Under the pieces are notes generated by a model that made no database searches, was not told the DNA's origin, and worked only from the letters and a program-made list of their open reading frames with translations. From Balanoglossus misakiensis (Eukaryota; Animalia; Hemichordata), in the NCBI GenBank assembly GCA_040954595.2, contig CM082577.2, positions 9,325,846 through 9,389,845 on the forward strand: a DNA stretch of 64,000 bases, given 5' to 3'. Position 1 is the first letter of the stretch. Every line of letters starts with the position of its first letter. This document shows, piece by piece, positions 11,858-25,404 of this stretch. The position numbers and the translations under genes were made by a program.

Positions 11858-13066
11858 TCAAACTTCAGACGGCCTCAGCATACTGAAGTTCTGCACGGCT
11901 CCTTTGCAGGACTTCAGCTCCTCAATCTGTCCCTTCAGCTCGACGACCTCCCGTCGCAGCTGTCGGTTCTCTGCCCGCAGTTCGAACTCCGAGTCCTTCA
12001 GCTCCTTGTTGGCGTCCTGGTTGACCTGCAGCGCGTCGATCTGCACCTGCAGGGTGCCGATCTCCATCGCCATTTTCCTCCTCTCCGCCTGCAGCTCGTG
12101 CACTCTGTCCTTCAGGCTGGCGTTCTCGTCCTCCACTTTCCCCCGGTACTCGTGCTGCATCTCCAGCGACTGCAGCGCCTCCTTCAGCGTCTTGTTCTCC
12201 AGCTCCAGCCGGATCTGCTCCCGCTCCATCTTCTGCGTCTTGCCCTGCACGTCGATGATGGCCTTCTTCAGCATCTCGAATTTGCCGTGTCGCACCGCCT
12301 GGGCCATGATGACCTCCTTCGCCGCTTGTTTCGCGACCTGGAAGAAGAAGATTCTTTTTGGTCAGTCTTGATGGGTGTAGCATGCTAGCAGGGTGGCTAA
12401 GTTACCCAATGTGGACACCTGGAACCACTACTTAGCAGTGGTTCAAGACGATCCTGTTTGAAATTGTCATTTTTTTCTTCTTTCTTTCTTGTACCTGGTA
12501 ATCAGCTTACCTTGAATGAGATTGATTATTGGACCTGGACATGATTTGATATCTACTGTCTTGAACACAGAGTTTATAATACAAAATTTTTTTTTTTTAA
12601 AAAGGTCACCATTGAACCCTTAAGTATGGTTTATGAATACAATACATTTATAAGCTGAAGGATCCATCACTTGAGCTGAGGCACTCAGTCCCACAGACAT
12701 CGCCAAGTTTGAAAAAAAATAAAAACAAAAGTGTCAAAAAAATAAAAACAAAAGTGTCAAAATGACATGGCCATTGGTGGCGCTACTTACCGTTGCAGGA
12801 AATTTTCCCAGCATCCCGGCCTTCAGCGAGTCCGGACCTTTCATTTTGCTCCTTCCACTTTCGTTGAAGGCAATTTTGATCTGCTCGTTATTTCTGTAGT
12901 CCTTCTTCAGCTGTTCTACGAAATCCTGTTTGCTCAACAGTCTGAAGACCTGGGAGTTTTTCATGTTTTCCCGGCGAAGCTCCCCGATGGTCTGGTGGAC
13001 GGCGGCGTCGAAACCCAACCAGTCCCGGACATCTTCTGCGGGATCGCCCCCTTGTTCGGAATTCAT
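11858..13066 (-). CDS. Uncharacterised coiled-coil protein A (~251 aa; exons 13066-12791 and 12337-11858)
   Basis: ATG in GCCATCATG context just after an acceptor (ttttcag at ~13086). A GTAAG donor at 12790 after 92 codons joins in phase 0 to the acceptor ttcttcttccag at 12338 (…GKFPAT|VAKQAAKEVIMAQAV…). Exons are GC-rich with codon-like bias, and the C-terminal half is a heptad-rich E/K/L/Q coiled coil. Confidence 0.8.
12712..12762. repeat. 23-bp tandem duplication in the intron of gene A
   Basis: AAAAAAATAAAAACAAAAGTGTC occurs twice in tandem. Confidence 0.85.
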
Positions 13067-16000
13067 GATGGCCGCTCACCAGTTTCTGAAAATAAATAAA
13101 GAAATACAGTAAACGTTTCCATAAATGAAAACTCTTTTGGCAAAAACATTAACCCTGGATATGCAACCCTTTGATGGCCTGATTGATTTTTTTTTCATAA
13201 TATACATATTTTCCACACCCAACAGTGGAGTGTAATATTGCGAGAATTGTATCAGTACAATTCTTTCAATTGAAATGATTGTTTCGCTAACGCATCATAT
13301 TAGTAAGAAAGAGAGCTTGCGTATGATTCAATGATAGCCTTGAACTTTGAAACCACAAGTTCTAATCTACGTGCAGGAGCTCCATGTGTATTCCGAGTGA
13401 GTCAGTCCTCTTAATCAGCAATCAGCCACTAGATCTTGACATATGACCTTCAGAGTAGGTTGAACTTTAACCATTTTTATGACAATGTTGTGTTCATTCT
13501 GTGTTTACAAATATCTGCAGAACAATTAGTTCAACAGGTATCCCTGTGTAGGGGGGAATAATTCTCCCTCGCATGTATGCGATGTGAATTTGTTGGTTTC
13601 TAGGTATATGAATAGGCTTCAGTTTTACTTTCCCCACTGTCCCAGCTAGTATATGTAGAGACTGCAAAGATTATGTACGTTTGAATATCCAGTCAAGGAC
13701 AACTGCTCAGCTGTGAAATAATTTGATGAAATATTTATAATGAGAATGAAAACAAACCACTGACTTCCATAGGATCTTGACGTTTAATGTACCCACAGGT
13801 ATTGACCAGAAATAAAGCCACATATGTTCGTAGAACTCAACAATATTGTGGTCTTTTACATCTTGTATTCAACAACAAATGTACAAATGCAGCAAAATAA
13901 CTATTATGTAACAAAACATACATGTGTACTAGTTTTCAAAAGGACCGACATGTGTTAAAATGGCCAGCAGTTACGAATGTCCAAGGTCTGTGAAACAGGT
14001 GCATAATCAAATAAAGTCCAAATTGAATGATTTTTGTCAAAACATGGGGATGGATAGGGATGGATATCCAGTTAAGACAGTTTAGCAAAATTGACAGGTT
14101 GTACATACAACATGCATATAGTGTAGTACTACTACACTATGCATGTTTGAATGAAAGTAATGATTGAAGTTCATAACCATTATTAGACGTGTATTTTGGG
14201 GCAATTTGGGGGTAAGTTGTAGGCTCTCGATACATGTACATGCATTTCAATGGTTTGCCCATGTAGTTGGCAGACAATTAGGGTTCATTATCGATGCATT
14301 TAACGGACCATGAAGTAAGACTGTCCCTTTCCACTGCAGATGAGTTCATTCAAGAGACAAATGTGATGAAAGTTTACAATAAAGTGTGTCAATAAATGGT
14401 CAATCATTTTCAGTGCAGACAACAGTATAAAAATGCTCTTAGTACTTCATCGTATCATCTATTAAAATTAAATGCCTAACCAGGTTGTCAGTATCCGTGC
14501 AGTTTCACGGAGAAATTGTAGCATCAGAGCACAATGTGGACTTGTTGAACGTCAGGCCTTGTAATTTCGCAGGTACATGAAATTACAACCAGTTCCACAA
14601 GTATACTAGTCTATATACCAATTGACATACATTTTACTATACGTACAATGTACATGTCATTCACTGCAAAAACTTACCCAAAATGATTAAAACAAATCCC
14701 ACTGTGTATTTCACTGACCTCTCCGAGTACAGACAGCAAGGAGGGTCGATACAGGACACCACAAAACACAGCACATTCACACTAGGTTGTAGTTTACTTT
14801 GTGATGCACACAGCATTTGCCACAAAGCACACACACTGTACCCTCATCTGCCTTGCTTTGATGGTACACTGTACTTCTATATTAATAATCATGTACATTC
14901 TGTCCACAAATCTGAATATGAATTGTTTGCGCGAATCTAATCAAAGGAGGTTGTTACACACATTTATGTTATGTATTTGGTGTTATATAATTAGGACGGT
15001 GATGCTTTCTCTTTTATGCACTGGCTGTCGTACAAGTGAAATAAAAAAAGCAAAGACTAGAAAATGTGCAAACAGAAAAGAAAAGATCTTTCCAATAAAA
15101 GTGGAACTGTTCAGTAGCATATTCTTTTCATTGCTGCTAAATTGCATCCGTTTAATTCCTATGTGTGCATTCATGGATTATGGTATTTGGATATTATTAG
15201 AGAGTGCTCGAAGGCTGTGTGTTCATAAGAATTCAGCATAGCTACATTCAAGAGTTGACCACACATTTTCTGTAGAAAGCAGGAAACTAGTTGTGGAGGA
15301 AGAGACTGCTTGAGTCAGAATAATTGTTTTCCTTTCAGTTAATTAGGTGGGTAGATCGCACAGTGTATTGGGAGCTGGGGAAGTGACGTGCGATATTGGC
15401 CCGAACCGTAAAATGTGTTATGCTGAAACACTTCATTTAAAACCACCAGTCTGTTCTTGTTTTTGTGTACTATGAATTTGAATCAGGTCATCTGAGAAAT
15501 AAGATCTCAATTTAATAATGAAAGAAATCCTCTGAAAGGAATCATTAGACAAGTTGATTAATCCCATCAAGTTGAGAGGTACTGAAAGGTATAATTATAG
15601 ATGTCATGAATTTTTGTCCGATAAGCCGAGAAAAAGTGTGAGTCATTGACATTTGACTATAGCTGGAAAAGACAGACATTTAACAAACATACGTATATGC
15701 ATATCTAAACTTTTGATAATTCAGTGCCCCCTGAGAATTGTTTGCAACTAGAAAAATGTAATTCTCATAAATAAGAGGGTTTTCCATCAAGGTGTAACCA
15801 GATATTTACTGTTGTCCTGGAAACCATGTTTATGTCCTTGGGGTAGGTGTAATATTCTCCGGGACTGTCTCATCAATCTATCATTCTGTCAGACAAAATA
15901 CTATTAGACTCCAAGAATAATATCAAAATTGTCTGATGACTATAAAGGATAAAATGACGTTTCTAAACGATCGGAAAAAGATACTATTCATTTCCCTGCA

Positions 16001-18011
16001 CTGGAGAGATTATTTTTTCAGGCGACGGATCATTAAGACAATGTTTTGAAATAAATAATCCAATCTTGAACGAGATGACTAAAAGTGTTGCAGTGAACAA
16101 CCACACGGGCTGTCATGTTAAATTAAGCGTTTTTATGATCACAATTAAGCTGAATAGTGCCAGGTTTAGTCACTCGGTATGTATGCATATGTACGGTACG
16201 GTTCGTGGAAAACAAGGTCTTTGTGAACAAAATAGGATTAATTCGATTAGCAACACCTGAACTGGGATTTGAATGTTTTCCTGTTTGGTATTCTACTGAT
16301 GGTTACTATTTTACCTGACTTTATATTGCGTAAGGCTTTAAAGATGTCTGTGTATTGCAGAAACTGCTGTGCATGATTGTTCAGCGGCTGAAATACTCAG
16401 CATTAGTTTTGATAATATATAAATGTGATTATGAAATGTAGAATTGGTAGTACGATATTTATAACCTGTCAGTGTGATCATTCAAAGAAGATATACAGAC
16501 ATGATCAATTAGGGATATTCTTTTTACAAAGTGATTAAAATCGAGATATGGCACACATACACTAAATCGAGGGCTGTGAAAATTAGGAAAGATTTTTGTT
16601 AATTTTCTAAAACCTGATCACACAGGTACCAGTGTATTACAAGTACGCATCTTGCGAAATGTACAACGGTAATGAAACACTGGGTTTGCATATACTCACA
16701 TATAAAACGCATCGCTGATCTGGCAGCAGACACCTTACAAGAAGTCACATATTACCTCAGCTCTGTCTTGCTACTGACTGTGTCTTTCACCACCTGCGCG
16801 GCATGATTTGAATATGAATGGCTGCCCTCGGAGAAACCCCGGCTGTCCCCGCCCACTTGTAAGAATACAAATTACGCTCGTCTCCTGGAAAGTTTAATCA
16901 GATTATGTGCAGTTTCTCGTGATCAAGCTCCTCTCAACTGAAATACAGCATCTTCAGTATCACTAAATACTTAAACATCATGGCGTTGAAGTTAATATTT
17001 ACACATTTTGCTAAGTAATTCAGCCAGACTCTTAAATATTCTCGTGTTGTGGATTTCAGTAACATACTCAGAATTGTAGGTTATGGCATTTGTAGTCGGT
17101 TGCTACGTGGATATGGCATTTTTGCAGTTGGTTGCTATGCAGATTTGGCATTAAATAGGAAATTCCCCTTTCATGTGTGAACATGAAAGATGGAATATAT
17201 TAAAAATCCTGGGAAGAGATAAAATTTCATTTAATGGCCCTGTACGGAAGTATCAGAATACATCATGCCTTAAGACTATAACTTTAACAAATTGACCTCA
17301 GACCTTTATTTTATTTACTCATTAAATTACAAACTCTGCAACGAGCTTATATAGACTAGGAACTATCAGAATTAATCACATATTAATCTTTTTAAAATGA
17401 TTGTTGGAAACAAAAATCAGAATATATGTATCTTGTATCTTATTGTGTTTTCCGTAGCCATTACAATAGTTAATTACCAACTGAATAAAATTTTACTAAT
17501 TTCACATTAAATTAACATTTGGATGTCATGGTTACCACTAGGCTGGGTAGTTGACAAGACTACGAGTAGATTAACTGTCAGATAAAGTCAATTATTATCT
17601 CAGTCACTAATCTGACACTTCAGTGCTCCTATCAGTGTGTATACCAACTATATACAAATCCTGATTTAATATCACGATTTTATCAATAATTTAGACGTCA
17701 GGATATTCAAAGGAGCAAAATTTGTGCATATATCCCTTCTCAGGTGAAATTGTTTCTAAAAATATCCATATGTTATTCACTTGAGGCATTCTGGCCGGAA
17801 ATGCTGGCACTTTATTGGAACATTATCGGCCAGTGTTCAATATCTGTGTTTTATTATTTATCATTCTGCAGAACGAAATGTTTCAGTGGGGTCACGGGTC
17901 ATTGCACGTGTCAGGTAGATGGAAAGTTATACTGACTTCAAAGTGAAATTTTAAGCCAACCGAAGATTTTTTTGTTTTGCTGCTGTTTATCAGTGAAATC
18001 CATCTTGTTGT

Positions 18012-18038
18012 ATGATGATGATGATGATGATGATGATG
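18012..18038. repeat. (ATG)n trinucleotide microsatellite
   Basis: Direct reading of the sequence. Confidence 0.9.
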
Positions 18039-21000
18039 TGTTTATTAGTGTAAGTGTTTCATGAATTTTAGTCGCTATGTTTGTGATGAAATGCTGATTG
18101 AGCGAAAAAAGACAACCTTTTCTGTGCATTAGCATTATTCTTGGTAAGGGTTCTGCAACTGAGGCAAGTGTAACTGATGCGCAGAAGTGTCTGATTCGAA
18201 AAAAAAAAACGTCAGTTGAAGTTCCCTCGCTTCTCAACAATTAAACAGTTATCAATTTTAAGTGGTATGTACCCACCTGCTGGACACGGTAGTACTGTCG
18301 TAGAAATTGACGATTTGAACAAGAAATCACCAAAATTATGAATGCCACTTGGACCTATTCCTTACAAGGCAGTTACAGCAGACATAGTGAATACCTATTC
18401 ACCAATACATGTACCTATAATACAGCAGCTGCAGTTGTGAACGTTTTATTTGTACAGTGCAGGAATGATTAGATCCCTGCTTTTTGCTTGCACTGGGGGG
18501 GTCATATAACTATTGTCCATTTTATTGGTTGTCTGCATGTTTATCATTGCGAACTTTGACCTTTCCAATAATACCTGTGTCCACTTTTTTTGTGCTCAGC
18601 GAACTAATTGTGGCATGAGTGGTTATGTAGGCCGGTGGTGGTTAACTGATTGAAATTGGTCACTGTCCAAAAAAATCTTACAATAGTCACTGAGCATAGG
18701 TTAACAAGGACCAGCAGAAATCTATACTTTTTTAATTACTGAGCAGTTATGTGCAGTGAGCCTAAATAAGCAAGATTTTTTTTTTAAAGTGGGGGTGGGG
18801 GGCATCAGCATTTGAATGCAGATGACATTTTTCACCTTGGTGAAATTGAAAGTAGATTACTGAATTTTGCTTCGGTAAAAGACATTTTACTTAGTATACT
18901 TTTTCTACAATGGTATGTTTATATTAACACACATACAGTCACACTCACAGATCTATCTATGCAGTTCAGATGATTTGCAATATACAAAAAAAAATTGGCT
19001 TTATAGCTTGATCCACTAAACAACACAGCTTCGATTTCTGGCAATGCAGAGCATATGTTTATAGCACAGACCAGTTCAGTTTTGAAATTCATCTAGTAGG
19101 GCTGCTTCACAAATAAGAAACCCCACAAAACAGACGTCGGCCCCCTCCCCTTTTTCGCAGGTAGCTCAAGACGAGATGTAGACACTGATGTCAATAATGG
19201 TTAATATTTGCCAGCCTTACCTCCTTCAAGGCTCGCAGAGACCTGTTCTGCCTTGTTCTTCCTCCTGTGTAGTTTTCGTTGTTGTTAAATTCAAATACTA
19301 ATGTCAGTTAGCCGCCCATGTGAGAAATGATCATAATTGAGTACTGTTTGATGATGTTTAATGAATAACTATACTCCAAGGTATCCTAGTTTCAGCCCTC
19401 TCAGTTGAGCCGGCTGATTTATATGGTTATATGACAAACACAACCTGGGAACAAAGTCCAAATTTAAACGAAGTGCAGCAGGTCGGTGCGGGCAGCTGTT
19501 CTCTGTAGGTTTTCACGGCTCATTTGCTGTTTTTGTTTCCGCGCCAAACTCTGTGTATGCACGTATGCTTCTGAAAGCTCATTTAATTATTCATTTCAAG
19601 GTGTTCTGAAATCAATCACCATAAATTATTAAAAAAGCAGACGTAGAACTAGAAGTATGCCCTCTTAAGATAAGGAGGGAGTTTACTTTTGTTTTCTTTC
19701 GCTTTGCTGAAAAAGGAAATAGGAATATTTGTATGCCGGGACAATAAAATCACCGTGATAAAATGTATATAACATTAACCAATAAATGTTATAGAGTTAC
19801 GAATGTTGCATTTTAAGCATTGTTTGGTTCATTTGTTTACAGGCGAAAACTTACACAATTTGCAGTCCTGAAAAGTTTTTGTCAGTATCTTACTTTGCGT
19901 GATCAAGTTTCCTGATGAACAGAGTTTGCTGCCCTCTTGTGTTGATATAAATGGATTATTTTTTTAACATGGTAAACTGGCAATTGTTTGGTACTATTCA
20001 GAAATAAAACACAGACAACCATTGTACCTTACGAAAATTATTTATTCCAAAAGATATCAAGTATATGTACTTAAATAGATAAACATTTTCTGGCAAAATT
20101 GTTTGGTATCAGATAAGGTGTCAAAAAAATACATCATAGTACATGGACTTCACTCGTCTCTGAAAAATGACCAAAATATCAAAATTGAGAAACTTTGTTC
20201 CCCCCCCCCCAAAAAAAAATCAACTTCATTTTCAAGACCTTCCAGTGTCTTCCAAATTAAATATAAATCTTTCTTGTTTTTTTATTCACAAAACAAAATA
20301 ATTTCAGTACTTCATTGTTCCCAAAATAAATTTTCTTATTTTCAAAAATAATTCTTTCGTAGGCAAAATTCTTACATTGTAAGTGTCTCATATTTGAGAA
20401 ATGATATAGTTTTATATGCATAAATATTTAATGAAAGAAAATCAGTTCTCAACATTAATACACATATTTCACATATCTGAAACTTTTGAAATTATAAATT
20501 GTGGTCCTTCTACATCAACTTTTTTTCTTCTCCTACGGAGAAAATATTTAGCATGGACAGAACTGTTCTATCACCATAGTGACATGTGACCTTTGCATAT
20601 TTACAAGTCTTCTATGTATCTAAATACGAGGTATAAAGTGTTTTGGCTTGTGATCAAAGGTAGTTACTGCTCATTAGCAAACTACAAGCTGTTATATCCC
20701 TTTAACACTTTTGGTAAATGAAAAAAAATATATAAACATCTCACAGTGTTGTAAATGTTGAATGCTGGCAAGTAGATTTAAGAAAGGAATGTTCCTATAA
20801 GTTGGAATTTTTTGCATTTTTTTTTCTTTGTGAGGAAGGGTTCTGGTTGTAGTGTAGTCCTAAATATCAGTGTAACTGCTTGGAGAAAAGCAACTTTCCT
20901 TTTGATATTCAATTGCATGTTTTTGTGTTAGAGGCAAGAGTCTATAGGGAATGTGATATTTTGTAACCCAGGACCTAAGTTCATAAGTGGTCTTTCATAT

Positions 21001-21507
21001 TTTTTTTATCACTTTGTCGGAATATAATCGACAAAGCACACATGCATAAACACTGAAACATCATTACCTGAGAGTAAAATGTACAAAAACGTTCATCACC
21101 AGTTGTTGGCAGTATCTTGGAAAAGATCATATTAGCATGCATCAGGCATGCAGTACCTATTGTATATTGCTAAGCATGTTCAAGTTCAAGTACTTCTTTC
21201 TATCAACTCAGATCATTTTTGAGCCTGGATGAAATGATATATGCTCAACTCAAAAACAAATATTGCTTATTACCTACATGTGTATTTACATATCACCACT
21301 TGGTGTTCGGACGGTGGGAAAGCTCTTATGCCTTGGCAGAGCCAGTACAGTAATCTGTACTGTAGAATACACTGTCACTGTATTCTACCTGTGTACTTCT
21401 GAAGCAGTCTTGCCATGTCCAAGGCTTGGAAAAATTAGAATCCACGGCAGTAAGGATAGGGGTGGGGCCCCTCGGTCCACTGAGAGAGGTATTAACACAC
21501 AAAAAAT

Positions 21508-24039
21508 TCACATAATTGAACATCCGGACTTCTTGATTCCCTCCTGACTGAAATCCTCGCCGGTCACCCGGATGTTCTGAGCGGTCAATTCCCGGACGGA
21601 CACGATCTGGTCCTCCAGGCTCCTCATCCTTCTCTTGCTGGCCCGGATGTCTCGGTGCGCCCTCTTCCAGTCTTTGATCAGCTGGAACTTCTTCTCCCGC
21701 AGAGCGAGCAGCTTGCTCTCCAGTGTGTCCTTCTGGTCCTTCAGTTCCTGGATGTCAGATTTAAGTTCGCTGTTTTCGCTGATCAGCTGATCCCGGCACG
21801 ACAGGAACCTGTACTTGGTCGTGGACGGGTGTTTGTTGGAGTTGGTGGTTTCGTCGATGTGTTTGTACACTGCCTCCATGACGACGTGTCTGGCGCCTTG
21901 TTGCGCGATCTGAAAGTGAAAATGAATTTATACATACAAATCATGTACTGTAGCATATACATGGATATATACTACATGTAGTATTATCAAAATTTAATAC
22001 TACATGTAGTATACATGTATATCACAACTGCAAATTTCATTTTATCTGATATGTAGGATAAACGCTTTGAGATGGATTCAGTGAAGGTTGCAGTCAGACC
22101 CATGTGTACTCTCTCGTAAGCATTTGTTTTGCTTTCAGGGTGAATGTCCTTTTCCTTTCATTGTTATTTAAACTTCGCCAGACCATTTTCACTTTCCTCA
22201 CACAATGGAAGTGGGGTATTCATGTTGTGTTTGGATTTAATTAATGTGCATAAATGCTGAATTTGCATAAAGGCAATTATTAACAATTGCTTTTATTGCA
22301 GTGAGGCATAATACGGTCCTTTGTTACAACGTACTTGATTTTGGTGTCAATAGTTAATTGGCGTGCTCTTAGAATTTATATGCAACACACATAATGTGAG
22401 GTTTGAGTGATAATAGACTTTTTAACATCCCTTTGTCTAATTTAGGTTGATCCTTGTCTTGCTGGCAGCTAGTGCACTGAGAATATTCGATCAAGGGAAA
22501 AAAACGGATTAAGCAAAAGGAAAAGTGACCTATATGTATGGATAACATGACTTGTGTGATATATTTTTGACTGATTGTAACATCAAGCATGAACCCCCTC
22601 CCCACCTCACAACAACATATAAGGAGGAATGGTGGGGCACCGATTTATCCTTAGTTGGTACATTGCAGTATAAATGGTTTTTCATCCTTGCTCAGTATGA
22701 TGTGTCGTAAATGAATTTAAATGGTCCATACATAAAGAAAATGACTCAATGCAATTTTAATATAAATTGATAATTTCAAAATAATTTCCATATACACTAA
22801 CTAACTGCATTTAGGTCACAGTCACTGCATCTTCATGATTCAACTCACCTCTGAAGGGAAGACGGAAGACGACGTGTGCAGCTGCACCTGTCGGCCGCAC
22901 CAGGCCTTGTAGGACTCGTGCGCCTCGGCCCCGCGCGATCTCAACTCTCCGACGAACTCCCCGTCCGTCAGCAAGGCGTGGATCTCGAGGTGCTCCCGGT
23001 GCTCCCTGGCCAGCTCCTGCAGGGTGGCCTCCAGCGCCTGGTCAAACGAGGAGAACGGGGCCTCCGAGTCCCTCTTGACGAGCCCGTTGCTGTGCGTGAT
23101 CATCCCGAAGGAGCTGCCCTCCTCGCACCGCTCCGCCGCCCTCTGCCGGTTCTGCCAGAGTCTCTCCATCACGACGGCCGTCGCCGGACGCGGGGTGATC
23201 TCCACATCCATGGGCGGAGGAGATTCGTGGAAGTACATCACCGGGCAGACGTTGGGCTTTGTTATTCCATTGACGGGCTCCGAACGCTGCAGCGCCTGGA
23301 ATTTACCATTCTGCACCAGGGGTGTGCTGACGGCTATCCTTGATTGCTGCGGGTCATGCACTATGTCGATATTGTCGCTCTGCATCATTACGCTGCTTTG
23401 GTCCTTGGATGTTGAAATCTTCGAAACTTGCATTGAGGAGTAACCCGTTTCATCCTCTGGAACCTTCAGGTGATCGGTTGATTTCTCGTCGGAATCAATT
23501 GTGACGCAATCTTCATCACTGCTCACAAGATAGCCGTTTACAACGACTGGTGTCGTTCCCGCAGTTTGTAATATTTCCGTTTCTGGCATCAAATGATACT
23601 TAATCAAATTTCTATTTTTGAAATCCATGAGCCCATCCGGGTACATTGCGTCGTATTCCGTGAAATCCAACAGGTTGGCATTCACGTCCGTGGACTCAAA
23701 TTCGCAGTTTTCCTTCAGCGTCTCTGTTAGGGTTTCATCGAGGAAACCACTGTATGTATCGGACTCGCAGTTCCACTCGGTGCTTTCCGATATATCGCTG
23801 ATGTCGTCGATGGCCGGGAACAGACTCTTCCTGCAGCCGACGAGGGCCAGTTCCTCGGCTATGCTCAAGTTGTTGGGTTCACTGGCACTCTCAGGACTGC
23901 TGTCCTCCACATCTTTGGTGTCGGCCGATATGACGCTATCGGTATCATCATCATCTTCCTCGGTCACAAAAGTTGTGCGGGTGTCGCTGTAGCAGAGTTT
24001 GTGAGTGGCCGTCAAAACTTGGAGCTGAGAGGTGGCCAT
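21508..24039 (-). CDS. Uncharacterised protein B, acidic N-terminus plus coiled coil (~530 aa; exons 24039-22849 and 21909-21508)
   Basis: A 397-codon open exon ends at a GAG|GTGAG donor and joins in phase 0 to the acceptor actttcag at 21910 (…SSVFPSE|IAQQGARHVVMEAVY…). Exon 2 encodes a coiled coil (LISENSELKSDIQELKDQKDTLESKL). An acceptor AG lies 2 nt before the ATG. Confidence 0.8.
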
Positions 24040-25369
24040 TTCTGTACATACAGTGACTTGCTTTTTGCTTTACTTGATTATTGACCTGTTGTGAAGTTTG
24101 GAATACACACTGTCATCCACTCAGTTGCAGTATCTTGTTTTCTGGTAAAACTACAGACAGCAAGTTTAGTTCTTCTTCAGCAATTCAGGCCTTCACAAAG
24201 CTTTCCTCTTCCAGTGTTGTCCTCGAGCTGAAAAAAGCAGAGCACAGAAAAGACTTGAAACATGTAACCCCGAAAGCTTGTTGTATAACTGAACTTGACA
24301 GGTGACTGGGCATTTATATACTAGTAGCACATTGGTGTTGGTCAGCCCACAACAGCAGTAAAAGTAAGTTACATGCAAATGAGAGATGGAACCATTTGTA
24401 AACAGGGGGTGGGGGCTTGCTGAACAGACTGAAGTAAAAATGCATGATGGACCCACTGAAAACAATACACATACAAGTGGAACTAAAAATGAATGACAAA
24501 ACAGGAACAAAAAAATCAATCTCGTCTTTGGAATTTGAGAGGAATTTGTTTGGTCCCATCCCAAATATTCAAACTGCGACCACCCCGCCTTGTACAATGC
24601 TGTGGACCCGCGTGAATATTTCAACAGGAGGATGAAAGGCATTGTCACAACAATAGGAGTGAAGGTGACCATAGAATTTCTTTTGTCTTGGATGAGCAAC
24701 AATAAAGATGGAACTGGACAGAGTCACGTTTACAACCATGTGGTTGCATGCTCTGGTGGAAATCAATAAACAAGCTGTGGCGGGCTCAGGAGAAATAGTC
24801 TGGTCACGATCACACTGTGAGCCTGTGTTAATTGTTACCTGTGAAAACCATCACTGTGTAACCTCAGATACAGTATTCAAATCAGTAAATTGAAGAAAAC
24901 ACTTTTAAACAGCCACAGTCAATCTTGGAATGGAATCTCATTTTGTTTTCTCTTTCTTTGCAAATTAGGGATTAGTGTAATTTTCTCCCATTCAATAAAA
25001 AGGGTGACTTTTTTGTTGGAAAGTGTCAGACAAGGGCCATCTTGAAATTATTAATTTATTGAAGAGGAACCTGCTTTATGAGATTATGGGAACAGTGTTT
25101 TCGAATCAATATGTACCTGCGAAGGCCACATGTACAAGTATACGGCCCCAGTTTTCCCGGAATTTCAATGGTTTTCTGACCTTTGCAAGCACAGAACCCA
25201 ACAAAGGTCATCTTAGAGTACATGTATTGATGCATGACTGAAGTGCACGTCAATAGCAAGTTATCCAGCCAATGGCAGAACTTGCTTAAAAGTTTGATCA
25301 TGTGAGTGTTGTCGCCGAAGGTCAAAACAATTGCAACAGAAAAGAGTATCCAGAAATCCTATTATAGTG

Positions 25370-25370
<1 letters not shown>

Positions 25371-25402
<32 letters not shown>
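25371..25402. repeat. Poly-C tract (32 nt)
   Basis: Direct reading; a further C16 tract lies at 26578-26593. Confidence 0.95.

Positions 25403-25404
<2 letters not shown>

Noticed and set aside
11777-12388. Plus-strand 203-aa and 172-aa ORFs
   Set aside because: Antisense shadows (Leu/Ser-rich) of the GC-rich coiled-coil exon on the minus strand.
22876-23992. Plus-strand ORFs of 124-155 aa
   Set aside because: Antisense shadows of the gene B exon.
24080-24230. Extra upstream coding exon for gene B
   Set aside because: An acceptor-like site exists at ~24228, but all three frames hit stops soon after it; at most this is 5' UTR.
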